Assembly (NCBI RefSeq): GCF_001447785.1
Contig: NW_015160861.1
Coordinates: forward strand, 259,411-323,410
Direction of reading: 5' to 3'
DNA length: 64,000 bases
Source of the DNA: Gekko japonicus
Taxonomy: Eukaryota
In this document: piece by piece, positions 11,291 through 23,017 of the stretch
Layout: each line of letters begins with the position of its first letter
Numbering within the stretch: position 1 is the stretch's first letter
Notes under the pieces: generated by a model
Databases searched by the model: none
What the model was told of the DNA's origin: nothing
The model's input: only the letters and a program-made list of their open reading frames with translations
Made by a program: the position numbers and the translations under genes

Positions 11291-13270
11291 GCCAGCAAGC
11301 CTTCAAGAGACTGAAAACCTTATTTACCTCCGAGCCCATTCTCCACCACCTGGATGAGACTAAGCTGTTTATTGTCCAGGTGGATGCCTTGGATGTGGCT
11401 AGAGGGGGGGCTATCCTGCAGTGGGGCCCAGATGGTAAATTACACCCCCTTGCCTATGTTTTTTTAAAAAATTCCAGCGTGGAGAGGAACCGGGTGGTTT
11501 GGGACAAGGAGGCAGCTGCCATTGATCTGGCTTTGACTACTTGGAGACATTGGTTAGAAGGGGCCCAGGTTCCTTTTGAAGTGTAAACCGATCATAAAAA
11601 TTTGGAAGCATTGAAAAGTCCCCGGCACCTGAATGTGAAACAGTTGCGCTGGGCAGAGTTTTTCTCTAAGTTTTGTTTCACTCTCAAGCACCTCCCCAGG
11701 AAGTCAAATTTCCTGGCTGACGCCCTGTCCTGCCTACCACAGCATGCCAGTCAATGTGATGAGGTCATAGACACTATGTTCATACCCACCCAGTTGGGAG
11801 GGGCCATTGTAACTCAAGCTCAGGCAAAGGTGGGGGGGAATGGAAGGTGAAAGGTGGACTGAGAAGCTGAAAGCTGCTTATTCCCCACAGGATTTAGAAG
11901 CCATAAGGAAAGAGGGTACCCTGATCCAACAAGAGGATGGGTGCTGGTATAAAGGGAATCAACTGTTCATGCCTGAGGCACTGGGGGGGGAGGTTTTTTC
12001 TATGGGGCATGACAGCAAACTGTTGGGACATTTCGGATATTTAAAAACCCTACATTTAATTCAAAGGCAGTTCTGGTGGCTGCGAATGTGAGGGGATATT
12101 TCAAAATACGTGGGGACATGCCAGACCTGCCTCATGAGTAAATGCAGGGGAGGGGAGGCCCCAGGCTTGCTCCAGCCCCTAGAAACTCTGGAACAACCAT
12201 GGTCAGTGATTTCTATGGACTTTATTACAGACTTACCCCCCAGTCAGGGAAAAACTGCGATCTGGGTGGTTGTGGACTTGTTCTCCAAGCAGGCGCACTT
12301 CGTCCCTTGCAAGCAGATGCCCACGGCTCGGCAGTTAGCCCAGATGTTTGTGCAACACATTGTGAGACTACATGCAGTACCCCGCAAGATAATTTCTGAT
12401 AGGGGCTCACAGTTCGTGGCCATATTTTGGAAGGAACTATTAAAGGTTTTGGGTGTGGAGCAGGGACTAAGTAGTGGCTACCACCCTGAAACTGATGGCC
12501 GGACCAAGTGCACCAATCAGTATCTCAGGTGTTTCATAAACTATCAACAAGTTGATTGGGTGCAGCTCTTGCCTTTTGCAGAATGTAGCTACAACAATTC
12601 TGTGCATAGTTCTACAGGGATGTCCCCCTTTGAGGCAGTCCATGGGTACAAAGGGGGCCCTCTCCCTACACTGAATTTGGATGAGCCTATGACTGGTGAT
12701 GCTCAAGTTTGGTGGTCTACTGTGACACTGGGTTGGGAAACGCTTCAAAAGACTTTAAACAAAGCTAAGGAGGATTATAAATGCTATGCCGACAAGAATT
12801 GGGGCCCTGAGTGGGATCTTGCCTGGGGGACCATGTTTACATTTCTACCAAGCACCTTTGGGGGGTGCAACCAGGGAAAAAACTGGGATGGAAATACATT
12901 GGTACTTTTAAAGTGACTTGGTTGATAAACAAGGTGGCTGTGGAAGTAGAATTGCCAAAAAACCTGCATTACGTACATCCTTTTGTTTCATTTTAGCTGG
13001 TTAAAGAAAGATCCTGGACCCTCACCCTGGACTCATCGTCATCCTGGTCCTCCTCCTCTAACGGTTGGCGGGGAACCCCACCAGGGGCTGGAGGCCATCC
13101 TGGACTCTAAATTGAAATGGGGTCATTTGTTTTACTTGATTAAATGGAGGGACTTTGGGCCAGAACATGTATTCAAAGTGATCACATAAAGGCCCCTGGC
13201 CTGAGCCGTGCTTTCCATAAGCGCAACCCTCTCAAGCCACGTGGGTGAGTTGGCTTGGGGATGGGCAGAA

Positions 13271-13666
13271 TGTCAAGCTTTAGTTTCATTTCACCTTGTT
13301 CCACTTCACTGCTTGCCATAATTTAGGGGGGGGAGGGTGTTTTGAGTGGATACCTGTAGAAGCCATAACTTTCCTTAAGATTGTGTCCCACCGCTTGTTC
13401 CCAAAGGAGCTGACCTTGGAGACTCTTTTGCCAGGCCTAGATATAGATAAGGTGCCGTATATCTGTCAGGGTGCCATAGCAATCATAGGGGCTGAATGGT
13501 GACATATGTGAGAGGTGTGCAGTTAATTTGTATTATCTATAATAGGGGCTTTTGCATGATTGTTCTCAGTTTTGACATGGGACCTGTTTCCTAAAGTAAG
13601 CATATCTCAATAAATTGCCACTGCTTAATTGTGTTGTGGAGAGTGGCTTAACTGGGAGACCTGACA
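13271..13666 (+). repeat. 3' LTR of Gypsy element 1
   Basis: TGTCA...TGACA; similar to 4628-5027. Confidence 0.92.
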
Positions 13667-14754
13667 CCTGGCCAGATTAAATTACCTAAGGTTTCATTGG
13701 TGCCTCATATATTTTTATCAAAGAGAGTTCATTTCTACTTATAAAATACATTGAAAACAAAGACATTTCCTAAGTTTATTTTATTGTTACTTTGACTTGA
13801 GTGTCTCAAGAGATGGTGATACTTTTGCTGAAGAAATATTTTATCTAGAGCCGAGGTGTCGAACTCATTTGTTCTGAGGGCTGGATCTAACATAAATGTC
13901 ATTTTGTCAGACCAGGCCATGTGTGCCATAAACTATAACACAAGGTACCGGAGATATAAACTTTATAAAGATTATTTCAGATGCCGAATGGCAATAGCAG
14001 GCATGATTGGATTAGGTGTGATATGCAGACAGGTGGAGATATCAGCATTGGTGTGATATACAGAGGTGTGGAGATATCAGCATTGGTAATGAGACAGGAA
14101 ACCTAGGTCTCAATTTGGTACAGGAGGATTCAGTCCAGGAGGATGCAAATAATAAATGGAAATAATTCTGAAGAAGTGAGCAGTGACTCACAAAAGCACA
14201 TAACCTACCACAATTTTGTTATTACTACTGGATTCTTACTATTTCTACTACTATTAGAAACCACAAAATTCAAAAACTAGTGGGGGGACATTTTAACTAG
14301 GAGTGTGCAAAAAGAAAAATTGGTAAAATTCGGATTCGTATATATTGAACCCGAATTTTTTTGGGAAACCTGAAAAACCCGAATATTTATACCAGTATAG
14401 TATAGATATCTGAAAATTTTCAGGATTCCCGAGAAATTCGGGTCCATTATATCCAATGGGGCCATTGAAGCCAATGGCAAAACTTTTCTGAAAAACTTGC
14501 ACGGGGCTGGGGGGAGGGGGTTTGAGGTAAAGGCTCCAAATTTAGACTGTAGCTGCTGGAGCCTCTCCCCAAAAGACCCCCCAAGTTTGGAAAAGTTTGG
14601 ACCAGGGGGTCCAATTTCAGGGACATCCAAAGAGGGTGCCCCCAGTTCTCCATTGTTTCCTATGGGAAATTGGGGGTGGGGGAAAGGCAGGCAGAATCTC
14701 TCTGTGAAACTAAGTGAGGTGTGTGGTGGAGGTGATGGTGATGGTGTGAGGGGC

Positions 14755-15900
14755 ATGTTTGCCAGACCAGCAGCAGAACCTGTGCAGTGCGCCCCCCAGA
14801 ACCAGTGCCACTGTGCCAGTCAGTGCCCAAACCCAACTGGACTCAGTTCAAACCAGAGAATCTCTGCAGCATATATAAACTGAGGGAGCATGTTTTCCAG
14901 GCCAGCAGCAGCAGAACCAGTTCAAGGTGGCCCCCACCACCTGTGCCACTGTGCCAGTCATTGCCCAAACCCAACGGGACTCAGTTCAAGCCAGAGGACC
15001 TCTGCAGCATAAGAGGAATGGTTTGCCACCCAAGCCAGCAGCAGAACCAGTGCAATGTGGCCCCCACAACCTGTGCGAACCGGCCCACTCAATAAATGAG
15101 TTTGACATCTCTGCGGCCAGAGTCATAGAATCATAGAGTTCGAAGTGACCTCTAGGGTCATCTAGTCCAACCCCCTGCACACTTTCCCTAAACAATGATT
15201 TGCCCAAAAACCATGGCTTGGTGTGAACGCAGCCCACTTTGTCAGATGCATGAAGTGTCACCTCTAGGTAACACGGAAGGTGGCGCTTCATGCGTCCTAG
15301 ACCAAGCAAGCAGCCTCTGTTTCATGTCAGCTTATGTCAAGAAAATACTCAGGTCAGACCAGAGGACCTCTCCAGCATTACCTTAGGGGGACAAGTTAGT
15401 AGTCACTAGGGGTGTGTGATTCGGCCCGACAAAGAGACATTCATGTCAGATCCGGCTCCTGTAACAAATGAGTTTGACACATCTCTGCGGCTAGATATGG
15501 ACCTTCAGGGTCATCTAGTCAAACCCCCTGCACATTCTAAACAATAATTTGCCCAAAAAACATGGCTTGGTGTGAATGCAGCCCACACATCAGATGCATG
15601 AAGTGACACCTCTAGGTAGCACAAAAGGTGTCACTACATGCATCAGCCAAGCAAGCAGCCTGTTTCCTGTGACTGTCAGCTTACATCAAAAAAATACTAC
15701 TCAGGTCAGACGACCAGAGGACCGCTGCAGCATAAGATGAATGGTTTGCCAGCCAGACCAGCAGCTGAACCTGTGCCACTGTGCCAGTCAGTGCCCAAAC
15801 TCAACAGAACTCAGGTCAGACCAGAGGACCTCTGCAGCATATAAATTGAGGGGGGCAGGCAGGACCTGCGCAAGTCAGTAATCACTAGGGGTGTGAACGC
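14755..15900. repeat. Imperfect tandem repeats (~135-bp unit) plus a ~350-bp duplicated block
   Basis: Recurrent CCAGCAGCAGAACC...GTGCCACTGTGCCAGTCA...CCAGAGGACCTCTGCAGCAT; 15090-15410 resembles 15460-15730. Confidence 0.85.
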
Positions 15901-16291
15901 AGCCCATTTCATCAGATCCATGAAGTGTCAACATCTAGTTAGCACAGGAGGTGACTCTTTTTTTAAAAAATCCCCTGAAGACAGGGTAGCTTTATTTGTT
16001 TTTTGTTACACCTACAAACTAAAAGACAAATGAAGAAGGGGGGGGAGATAGAACCCCAGGATTAAAAAAGACAGAAAATCAAGCACACACTATAACTAAA
16101 AACCCAAGAGTAGAGATCATTAACGGTTAGTATTCAGATAGTTTTATAAATTCCACCTTTCATTTTTAACCAATAAGTCAGAGAATTAGTCAGTTCATGT
16201 TAGTTCAAGTCCATTCAAGTGCATGCCGAGATTCTTCCCTCATCATTTTCGTTTGCAAGTCTTTAAAGTTTAAAGTGTTACTTCGGTCCTC

Positions 16292-17666
16292 TTAGACGTA
16301 AATCATACGTATCTCTGGCTGGAACTGTTGCCCTGCCCCTGCCATAAGGTTCTGGCCACCATCAGTCACCAAGAAGCCCTTGGTGTCGTCCCTACCTACC
16401 AACCCCGCTAACTGTCTCTGGATGGTGGCTGAGATTTTGTCTGCCATGTGCGACCCATCGAGCTTCTTGATGTAAAGCAGAGCCTTGCAGTAGCCGGCTC
16501 CGCAGCCCTGACCCTGCCTGAAACTGGTTTCTCCTCCCCCCCAAACTTCACTGGGTTCCCACCAGTGTGCAGTCAACGAACGGTACGAATCATGCGCCTG
16601 ACAGGAGGTCCAGATTTCAGACGTGAAGTGCACGTATCTCCCGTGAGCATGGGGAATGTGTGCCTTCACGTAGTCCTTGGCAGCCCTGTACAATGAGGGC
16701 ATCACAGTCCTCCTCAGCGTGTTGTGAGGAGGAGACGTGTACCAGGGATAGGCATCCTGGAGCACCCTGCGGAAACCCATGTCTTTGATTGCGAAGAAGG
16801 GGCACCTGTCTAGAGCAACCATCTCAGCAAGGAGGTGAGTGACCCTCCTGCTAGCCTGTTGCTTCCCCGCCCCCAGGCACTCTAGTGCCAACGTCGCCAA
16901 ACATTGTCAGAGATGCTTGGCATCCCTCCATCCTCCCTACTGCGGAATGCGCAGAGAGAATGCTGGAGGTGGTCACAGAATGACTCACCTTCTGGCTGAC
17001 TGGCAGTGGCCACCTGGGCATCCCAGCAGCAGCCTGTCTCTCCCCATGAAGAAGCACCACATTCTTCAGATGGTTCCGCAGCCTGGAGGTCAAGAGATGA
17101 CCAATGTTCTTCCCTTGACTTACCCGGGCCCTACACAGCTGGCACTGTGCAAAGTGGGGATCCTCTGTCACCCGGAAGTGGTTCCAGACATCAGAGGTGA
17201 AGGGGCACCCATGCTGACCAGCAGCCATGGACCTCCCTGGAGCTGCCTCCTGTGAGGAGCTCAGGCCAGACACACTGGGTCCTTGGGGGGCAGGAAGAGA
17301 TGGCTGAGGTGGGGGAAGGAGTTGAGATGGCAGGTCCTTGGGGCGCACCACCTCCATCTCTTCTCCTTCCTCCTCTCCCAGCCTCTCCTCGTGTCCCTTA
17401 TGAGACCTGCTGGAGCCTAGAGACATCAGAAAAGTGAGCTGGCCAGGCAGCCCCTCCTCCAGTTCCTCTAGAGCCCTCTTAGTCCTTGGAGTAAGCCCTG
17501 AGAACAGAGTGTCCCCAAAGGTCAACCCCATGGACAGCTCTTGCTGCCTCTCCTCCTGCCGCTGAGCCTCAGCAGCAACGGCTTGAGGAGGGACTGTCTG
17601 AGCAGCAGACCCCCTGCCCAATGCCAGCACCCATAGGCACCTCTGCTGGGACCACCCCAGGAGCAT
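16292..17666 (-). pseudogene. BED-zinc-finger hAT transposase remnant (ZBED-like), frameshifted and C-terminally truncated
   Basis: SDVWNHF...AQCQLC...TSRLRNHL (BED finger); MVALDRCPF, VHFTSEIWTS, YRSLTAHW, FLVTDGGQN (hAT core). Two overlapping ORFs. Confidence 0.9.
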
Positions 17667-17865
17667 CCTTTTTAACAGGGAAGAGAGCCAGGCATGGCTT
17701 CTTCATGGCACCACTCTGGCCAGAGGTCGGAGTGGTGCCAGGATGCTCTGCTGTGGGCCTGCGCTTAGGTGGGGGGGGACATGGCTCCCCCTCCTCCTCC
17801 TCCTCCTCCTCCTCCTCCTCTCCCCCTCTCTAATCTTTTGTTTAGCCTTTCCCCCAGGGTCTCTC

Positions 17866-18124
17866 NNNNNNNNNNNNNNNNNNNNNNNNNNNNNNNNNNN
17901 NNNNNNNNNNNNNNNNNNNNNNNNNNNNNNNNNNNNNNNNNNNNNNNNNNNNNNNNNNNNNNNNNNNNNNNNNNNNNNNNNNNNNNNNNNNNNNNNNNNN
18001 NNNNNNNNNNNNNNNNNNNNNNNNNNNNNNNNNNNNNNNNNNNNNNNNNNNNNNNNNNNNNNNNNNNNNNNNNNNNNNNNNNNNNNNNNNNNNNNNNNNN
18101 NNNNNNNNNNNNNNNNNNNNNNNN
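17866..18124. other. Assembly gap
   Basis: Run of N. Confidence 1.
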
Positions 18125-18209
18125 ACCAGTAAAAGCGCCAACCCCCCCCCCCCCCAAAAAAAATTAGCCCTGAAAACACAAAGGCAACAGAACTTAAAGG
18201 CAACAGAAG

Positions 18210-18546
18210 TAAAGGTTCCTTTGCTCGAAAGCCAGTCGAGTCTGACTCTACGGTTGTGGTGCTCCTCTCCGTTTCAAAGCCGAAGAGCCAGCACTGTCCG
18301 AAGACGTTTCCGTGGTCATGTGGCCGGCATGACTAAACACCAAGGTGCACAGAACGCTGTTACCTTCCTACCGAAGGTATTTATCTACTTGCAACTTCTT
18401 GCTTTCGAACTGCTAGGTTGGCAGGAGCTGGAACTAGAGACAGGAGCTCACTCCGTCATGCGGCAACTCAGGTCTCAAACTGCTGAACTACTGACCTTCC
18501 ACAGCCTGCAGTTCAGCGTCTTAACCACTTGAGCCACCGCAGCTCC
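18210..18546 (-). mobile_element. Sauria SINE, full length
   Basis: Characteristic GTGGTCATGTGGCCGGCATGAC core and ACCTTT tail; ~16-bp TSD TTAAAGGCAACAGAAG on both sides. Confidence 0.9.
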
Positions 18547-19436
18547 TTAAAGGCAACAGAAGAGAACCTCAAAACTCAAAAGACAAGAACCAAAAGAGAA
18601 CAAAAAAACAGAGAGCCTAAGTTCCAGGGCCCTAAGTTCCACCCCCCAAAAAACAAAAAGCCCCAACAAGCAAACAAATAAAATAGCAAATCAATCACAG
18701 GGGGGGAAATTAAACTACAAAGGCAACCAAGGCACAGAACAAAAAACAGAGAGACGCAGAAGACTGCCCCTCCAAGAAGCCCCAACAAGCAAAGAAATAA
18801 AATACCAAATCAATCACACAGTAAAAAAAAAATTAAACTGCAAGGCAACCAAGGCTCAAGAAAGGACAAAAACAGAGAGAGGCAGAAGGCTAAGCAGTAA
18901 CCACCACCCCCAAAAAAGCCCCTACTAGCAAAGAAATAAAATACCAAATCAATTATAGTAAAAAAAGGAAAATACAATAATCTAATAATCTAAAAGAAAA
19001 TAATCCCCCCCCAAAAAAAAAGAAATCCAGGAAGAGAGGCCTGGAAATGCCCTAGAGGCCTACCCACCACCCCCTTACCACACCAACCCCAGGCCCCAAC
19101 CAACCAAACCACATTGAATAACACCAAATAACATGAAAGCACTTTATTTGAACACATCTCATTGGTTTATCTTATCTGCCACCAGTAATTTGTAATATTT
19201 GTAATGTATTATTTTAATTGTCATGTTTTTATGCTCTCTGGGCATACACAGAAGGATTTCAAAAGGAACAACCTTCTGTGACTGGCCAGAGCAGATGCCA
19301 AAATCCTATTGGCCACTAGTGCTCCTTCCCTGGGAAAGGAGCAGCTAATAGCTGGGCTGCCAGCAGCAACAACAGCCTTGAAAAAAGTTGCAAACTGCAA
19401 TGCATTTTGAAATGCATTGCAGTGATTGGCTGTCTG

Positions 19437-19699
19437 NNNNNNNNNNNNNNNNNNNNNNNNNNNNNNNNNNNNNNNNNNNNNNNNNNNNNNNNNNNNNNNN
19501 NNNNNNNNNNNNNNNNNNNNNNNNNNNNNNNNNNNNNNNNNNNNNNNNNNNNNNNNNNNNNNNNNNNNNNNNNNNNNNNNNNNNNNNNNNNNNNNNNNNN
19601 NNNNNNNNNNNNNNNNNNNNNNNNNNNNNNNNNNNNNNNNNNNNNNNNNNNNNNNNNNNNNNNNNNNNNNNNNNNNNNNNNNNNNNNNNNNNNNNNNNN
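19437..19699. other. Assembly gap
   Basis: Run of N. Confidence 1.
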
Positions 19700-20125
19700 C
19701 TGTATCTGAAGAAGTGGGAAGTGCTTCATGAAAGCTCATGCCCTGACACAAATTTTGTTAGACATTATGGTGCCGCTGCATTCTTGCTCCCTTTCACTAA
19801 TAAGGAATGTAAGCTTGTGCTGTTAGGTTTCTCCCCCCTCCGACCTGTTAGAAATAGAAAGGGGAATCTCTCCAAGCACCATGGGACTCCCTCCCCACCC
19901 TCTCTCTGGCATGCTCTCTCTGGTACTTTCCCTCCCCTCCCTCTCTCTGAAGAAGTGTACTTGTCCACAAAAGATTATACCTAGAATATAATGTTTCTGG
20001 TCTTAAACATAGGACTCTCTCTCTCCGGCATACTCCCTCTGGCTCTCTGGCTCTGAAGAAGAAGTATGCTTGCACACAGAAGCTTATATCTGGAATAAAA
20101 CATTGCTGGTCTTAAAAGTCCCATG
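19700..20125 (+). repeat. Three short Penelope-like terminal fragments
   Basis: CTGAAGAAG...AAGCT/AAGAT...GGTCTTAA modules at ~19706, ~19947 and ~20053; a similar one at ~14168. Confidence 0.6.
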
Positions 20126-21278
20126 AGATGCCATTCTCCCCATCTCTCCCTCCCTCCCCGGGGGGGGGAGCCCTCAGCCAATGGGGGGAATGCTTTCTTT
20201 CTCTCCTCTGAAGCAAGAAATAGGAGAGACTGGGGAAAAGGAGCTGTGATACTAGAAACAAGAAGCAGCACAGATTCAGTTGCTCTCAGACCGGATTGTA
20301 GCCTTGCAGGGGCTGGATCCGGCCTGTGGGCTGTATGTTTGACACCTCTGATCTAGAGTTTTGTGGGTGGACTAGGAATAGACAGCACCTTTCCAAGTCA
20401 AAATTGTCCTTGTATGTAAAGAGAGGAGAAGATAGCTTCAAGCAATGCTTTGTATGAGATCTATGCAGCCTATCTCAGAGGCTGATTCCATCATAACTCA
20501 CTTTCAAAACAAGCTACACCTGATCAATGGCACACTGCTGATTGATTCTGAGGCCAGTGGACCTACTCCAGAGCAAGTGGCATCAGCACTGCAAATTCAG
20601 TATTTGAAAAATACAGTGATAAGACCTCCTGCAGGCTGGGCAGAGGGTCGTCAGAAAAACGTGTACCAGTGTAGCTATAACTAAAAGCAGATTTACTGTA
20701 AACAAAATGGCAAGTTTAAGTAAAATCATCATGCATATTGAAATGAAGATACTGCACAGTTCTGTTATTCTTCAAGTAGAAAGTTCCCACAGCTACACAG
20801 AACATTTAATGTTGTGTGTTTTCAGGACTTAAGCAGTTGGAGTCCTTCCTTGCTTCAGTAAATTGCACAAGTATACCGGCCTTTTCTGTATCTCCCATTA
20901 AGGTGGTATGGATAGAAATGTGATACATTCATATGGAAATAATGTTGTTGGGACAACAGCCCATCTAATCACCTCTGATTCATGGTCAGTGGACCATCTT
21001 AATTCCTACATCATGAAGAAAACATTGAATTGCATATGGCCTATTGGAAGGTTTGCAATTTCATGTGAAATCCAGATGCAATCCAAGATGAAAATAAGGC
21101 AGCTTTTTACTACCATAGTTTCCAAGCCAGTTTGTGCAATGCTTTTAGCACATCAACATGTGGAATGAATCACAGTGCTGTGGTTGTCTATGGACTTCAC
21201 TTAAGCTCAGGTGTTCCTGTGTGAATATGTATTGAGCTGAGGAATTTTTGGCATTGTTTCATATAGGTGTATCTGTTA

Positions 21279-21425
21279 GATTCAAGTCCAGTAGCACCTT
21301 AGAAACCAACAACAGTTTCAGGGTATAAGCTTTTGAGAATCAAAGCTCCCTTCATCTGGTTTGACTCTTGAAAGCTTGTACCCTGAAACTCTTGTTGGTC
21401 TCTAATGGGTTACTGGACTTGAGTC
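21279..21425. repeat. Inverted pair of Penelope-like termini (palindrome)
   Basis: Arms ~21279-21345 and ~21359-21425 are reverse complementary (TCAAGTCCAGTAGC... / ...GTTACTGGACTTGA). Confidence 0.75.
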
Positions 21426-21459
21426 AAACTGTTTTATTGCAGACCAGCATGACTATTTA

Positions 21460-23017
21460 TTTACTTATTTATTTCAATTTATATTCTGCCCTCCCTGCAA
21501 GCGGGCTCAGGGTGGATCACAAGTAAGTTCTAAAACATTAATACAATATTACAGAATAATTTAAAAACAGTTTAAACAACATAAATTAAAACAGGACACA
21601 TTGCTAATCTTTGTACATCATTTCCAAGATGGTGCCATTGGGTCTCTGAGATCTTCTTAATATGAGCTCCATAGAGGTGGTAAGCTTCAACAGCAGGGAA
21701 GGCCAGTTTTTTTATTGGACCCCACCACCTCAGCCAAAGGCCTGGTGGAACAGCTCCATTTACAGACCCTGTAGAACAGTAGTAAGTCCCGCAGGGCTCT
21801 GATCTCAGGTGGGAGCATGTTCCACCAGAAAAGCCCTGACCCTGGTTGAGGCTAAATGAACATCCCTCGGGCCGGGGGCAACTAGCAGATCTTGACCAGC
21901 AGATCACAAGGCTCTCTGAAGAAGCACATATGGGAAGAGGCGGCCCCTCAGGTATGTTGGTCGCAGGCCACACAAGGCTTTAGAGGTCAGTACCAGTATC
22001 TTGAAACGGATCTGGTACTCATTCGGTAGCCAGTGCAGTGGGTACAGTGCTGTCTAAGTGTGTGCCTGCACAGGCGATGCAGTCAGCAGGCGCGCCACCA
22101 CATTTTGCACTAGCTGGAGTTTCCAGATCAGCCACAAGGGCAAGCCTGCATAAAGCAAATTACAGCAATCAAGCCTGGAAGTGACCATTGCATGGGTCCT
22201 GGGGGGAGAGGTAGGGAGCCAGCTGCCTGATCTGCCAAAGATGATAAAAGGCAGACCTCGCAACTGTAGTGACCTGAGCCTCCATAGAAAGCGAGGCATT
22301 CAGGACCACCCCCAGGCTGCCCACCTTCTGGGCTGGCACAAGTGATGCACCATCCAGGGTGGGCAGCCTGATTCCCAATTCAACTCTTCCCTGGCTCAGG
22401 TACAGTACCTCCATCTTCATTGGATTAAGTTTCAACTGGCTCTGCTGCAACCACCCAGCCACAGCCTCCAGTGCCCTGGTCAAATTTTCTGGGGAAGAAT
22501 CTGGACAGCTGTCCATCAACAGATAGAGCTCCTTGAATAAAGACCTTTACTCTGCCTCTTCTGATTATTATAATTTCTGGTACCCTGTTTTACATTTTAT
22601 TGCTCAAAACAAAGACCATTTTGATCAGAATTCTGTTATAGATGTTTAATATGTTAATTAATTGATACTTGATTATTTCCTATTACCCATTGATGCCATC
22701 TTTCTCCTGATAGGCATAATTTTTGTGGCTTAGTTTTTTGTGGTTTTGAGACCAATGGTATTGTGAAGTACTTACTCTTTGTATTGGAATTTGTAATGTG
22801 ATAATCTGTATTTGGTATAGGACAGTTTATTTATTGCGCATATAGCATCTGTATTTGGTATAGGACAGTTTATTGTCACTTATTTGTCTTTGTATCTGAT
22901 GTTAAATTTTCAGTAAAATCCTAAAAACAACAACAACAACAACAACAACAACAAAAGACAGATAGAGCTGGGTGTCATCCGCATATTGGTGACAACCCAG
23001 CCCAAATCCCTAGACCA
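21460..23017 (-). mobile_element. L2-type LINE 3' fragment
   Basis: HQYADDT-encoding segment at ~22975-22995 (minus strand); LKLNPMKMEVL; HAMVTSRLDCCN; TTTA-repeat tail. Confidence 0.85.
22531..22957 (+). mobile_element. L1-like 3' end inserted in the L2
   Basis: (CAA)n/A tail; 12-bp TSD ACAGATAGAGCT; homologous to 46885-47232. Confidence 0.85.

Larger units (their letters stand above)
6432..13248 (+). pseudogene. pol remnant: protease, RT, RNase H, integrase, chromodomain
   Basis: ALIDSRC (PR); DLRDAYF and YLVMPFGL (RT); FIVQVDA and WRHWLEGA (RH); SMDFITDLP and IISDRGSQF (IN); LEAILDSK...YLIKW (chromo). Interrupted by a nested LTR, a duplication and a gap. Confidence 0.92.
4628..13666 (+). 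mobile_element. Gypsy/Ty3 chromovirus (Tf1/sushi-like) LTR retrotransposon, two LTRs, decayed
   Basis: LTRs at 4628-~5027 and 13271-13666 (TGTCA...TGACA in the 3' copy); purine-rich PPT before 13271; domain order gag-PR-RT-RH-IN-chromo. Confidence 0.93.
14298..19130 (-). mobile_element. Probable large hAT (Ac-like) element; right boundary uncertain
   Basis: Starts TAGGAGTGTGCA with CCGAA/TTCGG subterminal repeats and carries the BED-transposase remnant; no matching second terminus found. Confidence 0.55.
13851..20350. mobile_element. hAT (Charlie-like) non-autonomous element expanded by nested insertions
   Basis: TIRs CCGAGGTGTCGAAC / GTTTGACACCTCTG; perfect 8-bp TSD ATCTAGAG (13843-13850 / 20351-20358). 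Confidence 0.8.

Noticed and set aside
5079-13248. Domesticated sushi-derived gene (PEG10/RTL-like)
   Set aside because: LTRs are present, with multiple stops, frameshifts and nested insertions; this is a decayed transposon.
16292-17666. Intact host ZBED gene
   Set aside because: Frameshifted, truncated, catalytic Asp altered and embedded in transposon termini.
17703-19984. Long ORFs from the ORF track
   Set aside because: They are artefacts of translating through N gaps; the same applies to ORFs at 9191-9594.
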